From positions 61,931 to 125,930 of the forward strand of contig CAZTCH010000003.1 of assembly GCA_964612745.1 (NCBI GenBank): a stretch of 64,000 bases of DNA. Direction: 5' to 3'. This stretch comes from an uncultured Candidatus Saccharibacteria bacterium. GTDB lineage: Bacteria; Patescibacteriota; Doudnabacteria; UBA920. Below are positions 63,987-64,000 of the stretch, piece after piece. The notes under the pieces were generated by a model. It saw nothing but the letters and a program-made list of their open reading frames with translations. It did not search any database and was not told the DNA's origin. The number at the start of each line of letters is the position of its first letter. The stretch's first letter is position 1. A program made the translations under genes and the position numbers.

Positions 63987-64000
63987 TCCTGGATTTCTCA

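Overview
Gene-dense bacterial chromosome segment with a Patescibacteria/CPR-like signature; the lineage is inferred from gene content, not confirmed. The signature includes a sigma70-r4/HTH protein, a VirD4-like ATPase pair, VirB2-like 'CPR pilin' domains, a PaaX/Cas2-like protein, HRDC-XseA and a shortened PheT. Most genes are housekeeping: secDF, trxA, three tRNAs, an F-ATPase operon lacking delta, rmuC, a UvrD-nuclease, xseAB, pheST, gyrB, secE-nusG-rplK...rplA, prfB, ftsEX, rplI, pyrG, rpmA, gltX, def and fmt. The most notable observations are: (1) two pilin-like genes sharing an identical 336-bp N-terminal block but carrying different cell-wall hydrolase C-termini (a polymorphic pilin-effector cassette); (2) a PaaX/Cas2-like gene bracketed by two copies of a ~36-40 bp palindrome; (3) several families of very short palindromic elements that nest inside each other and sit in-frame inside fmt, xseA and the helicase; (4) an ATP synthase c subunit with a Na+-binding signature; (5) an antisense copy of the tRNA-Asp 3' end; (6) an orphan lycopene-cyclase pair; (7) apparently leaderless core genes versus SD-led orphan genes. 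All calls come from reading motifs by eye; no database searches were run.
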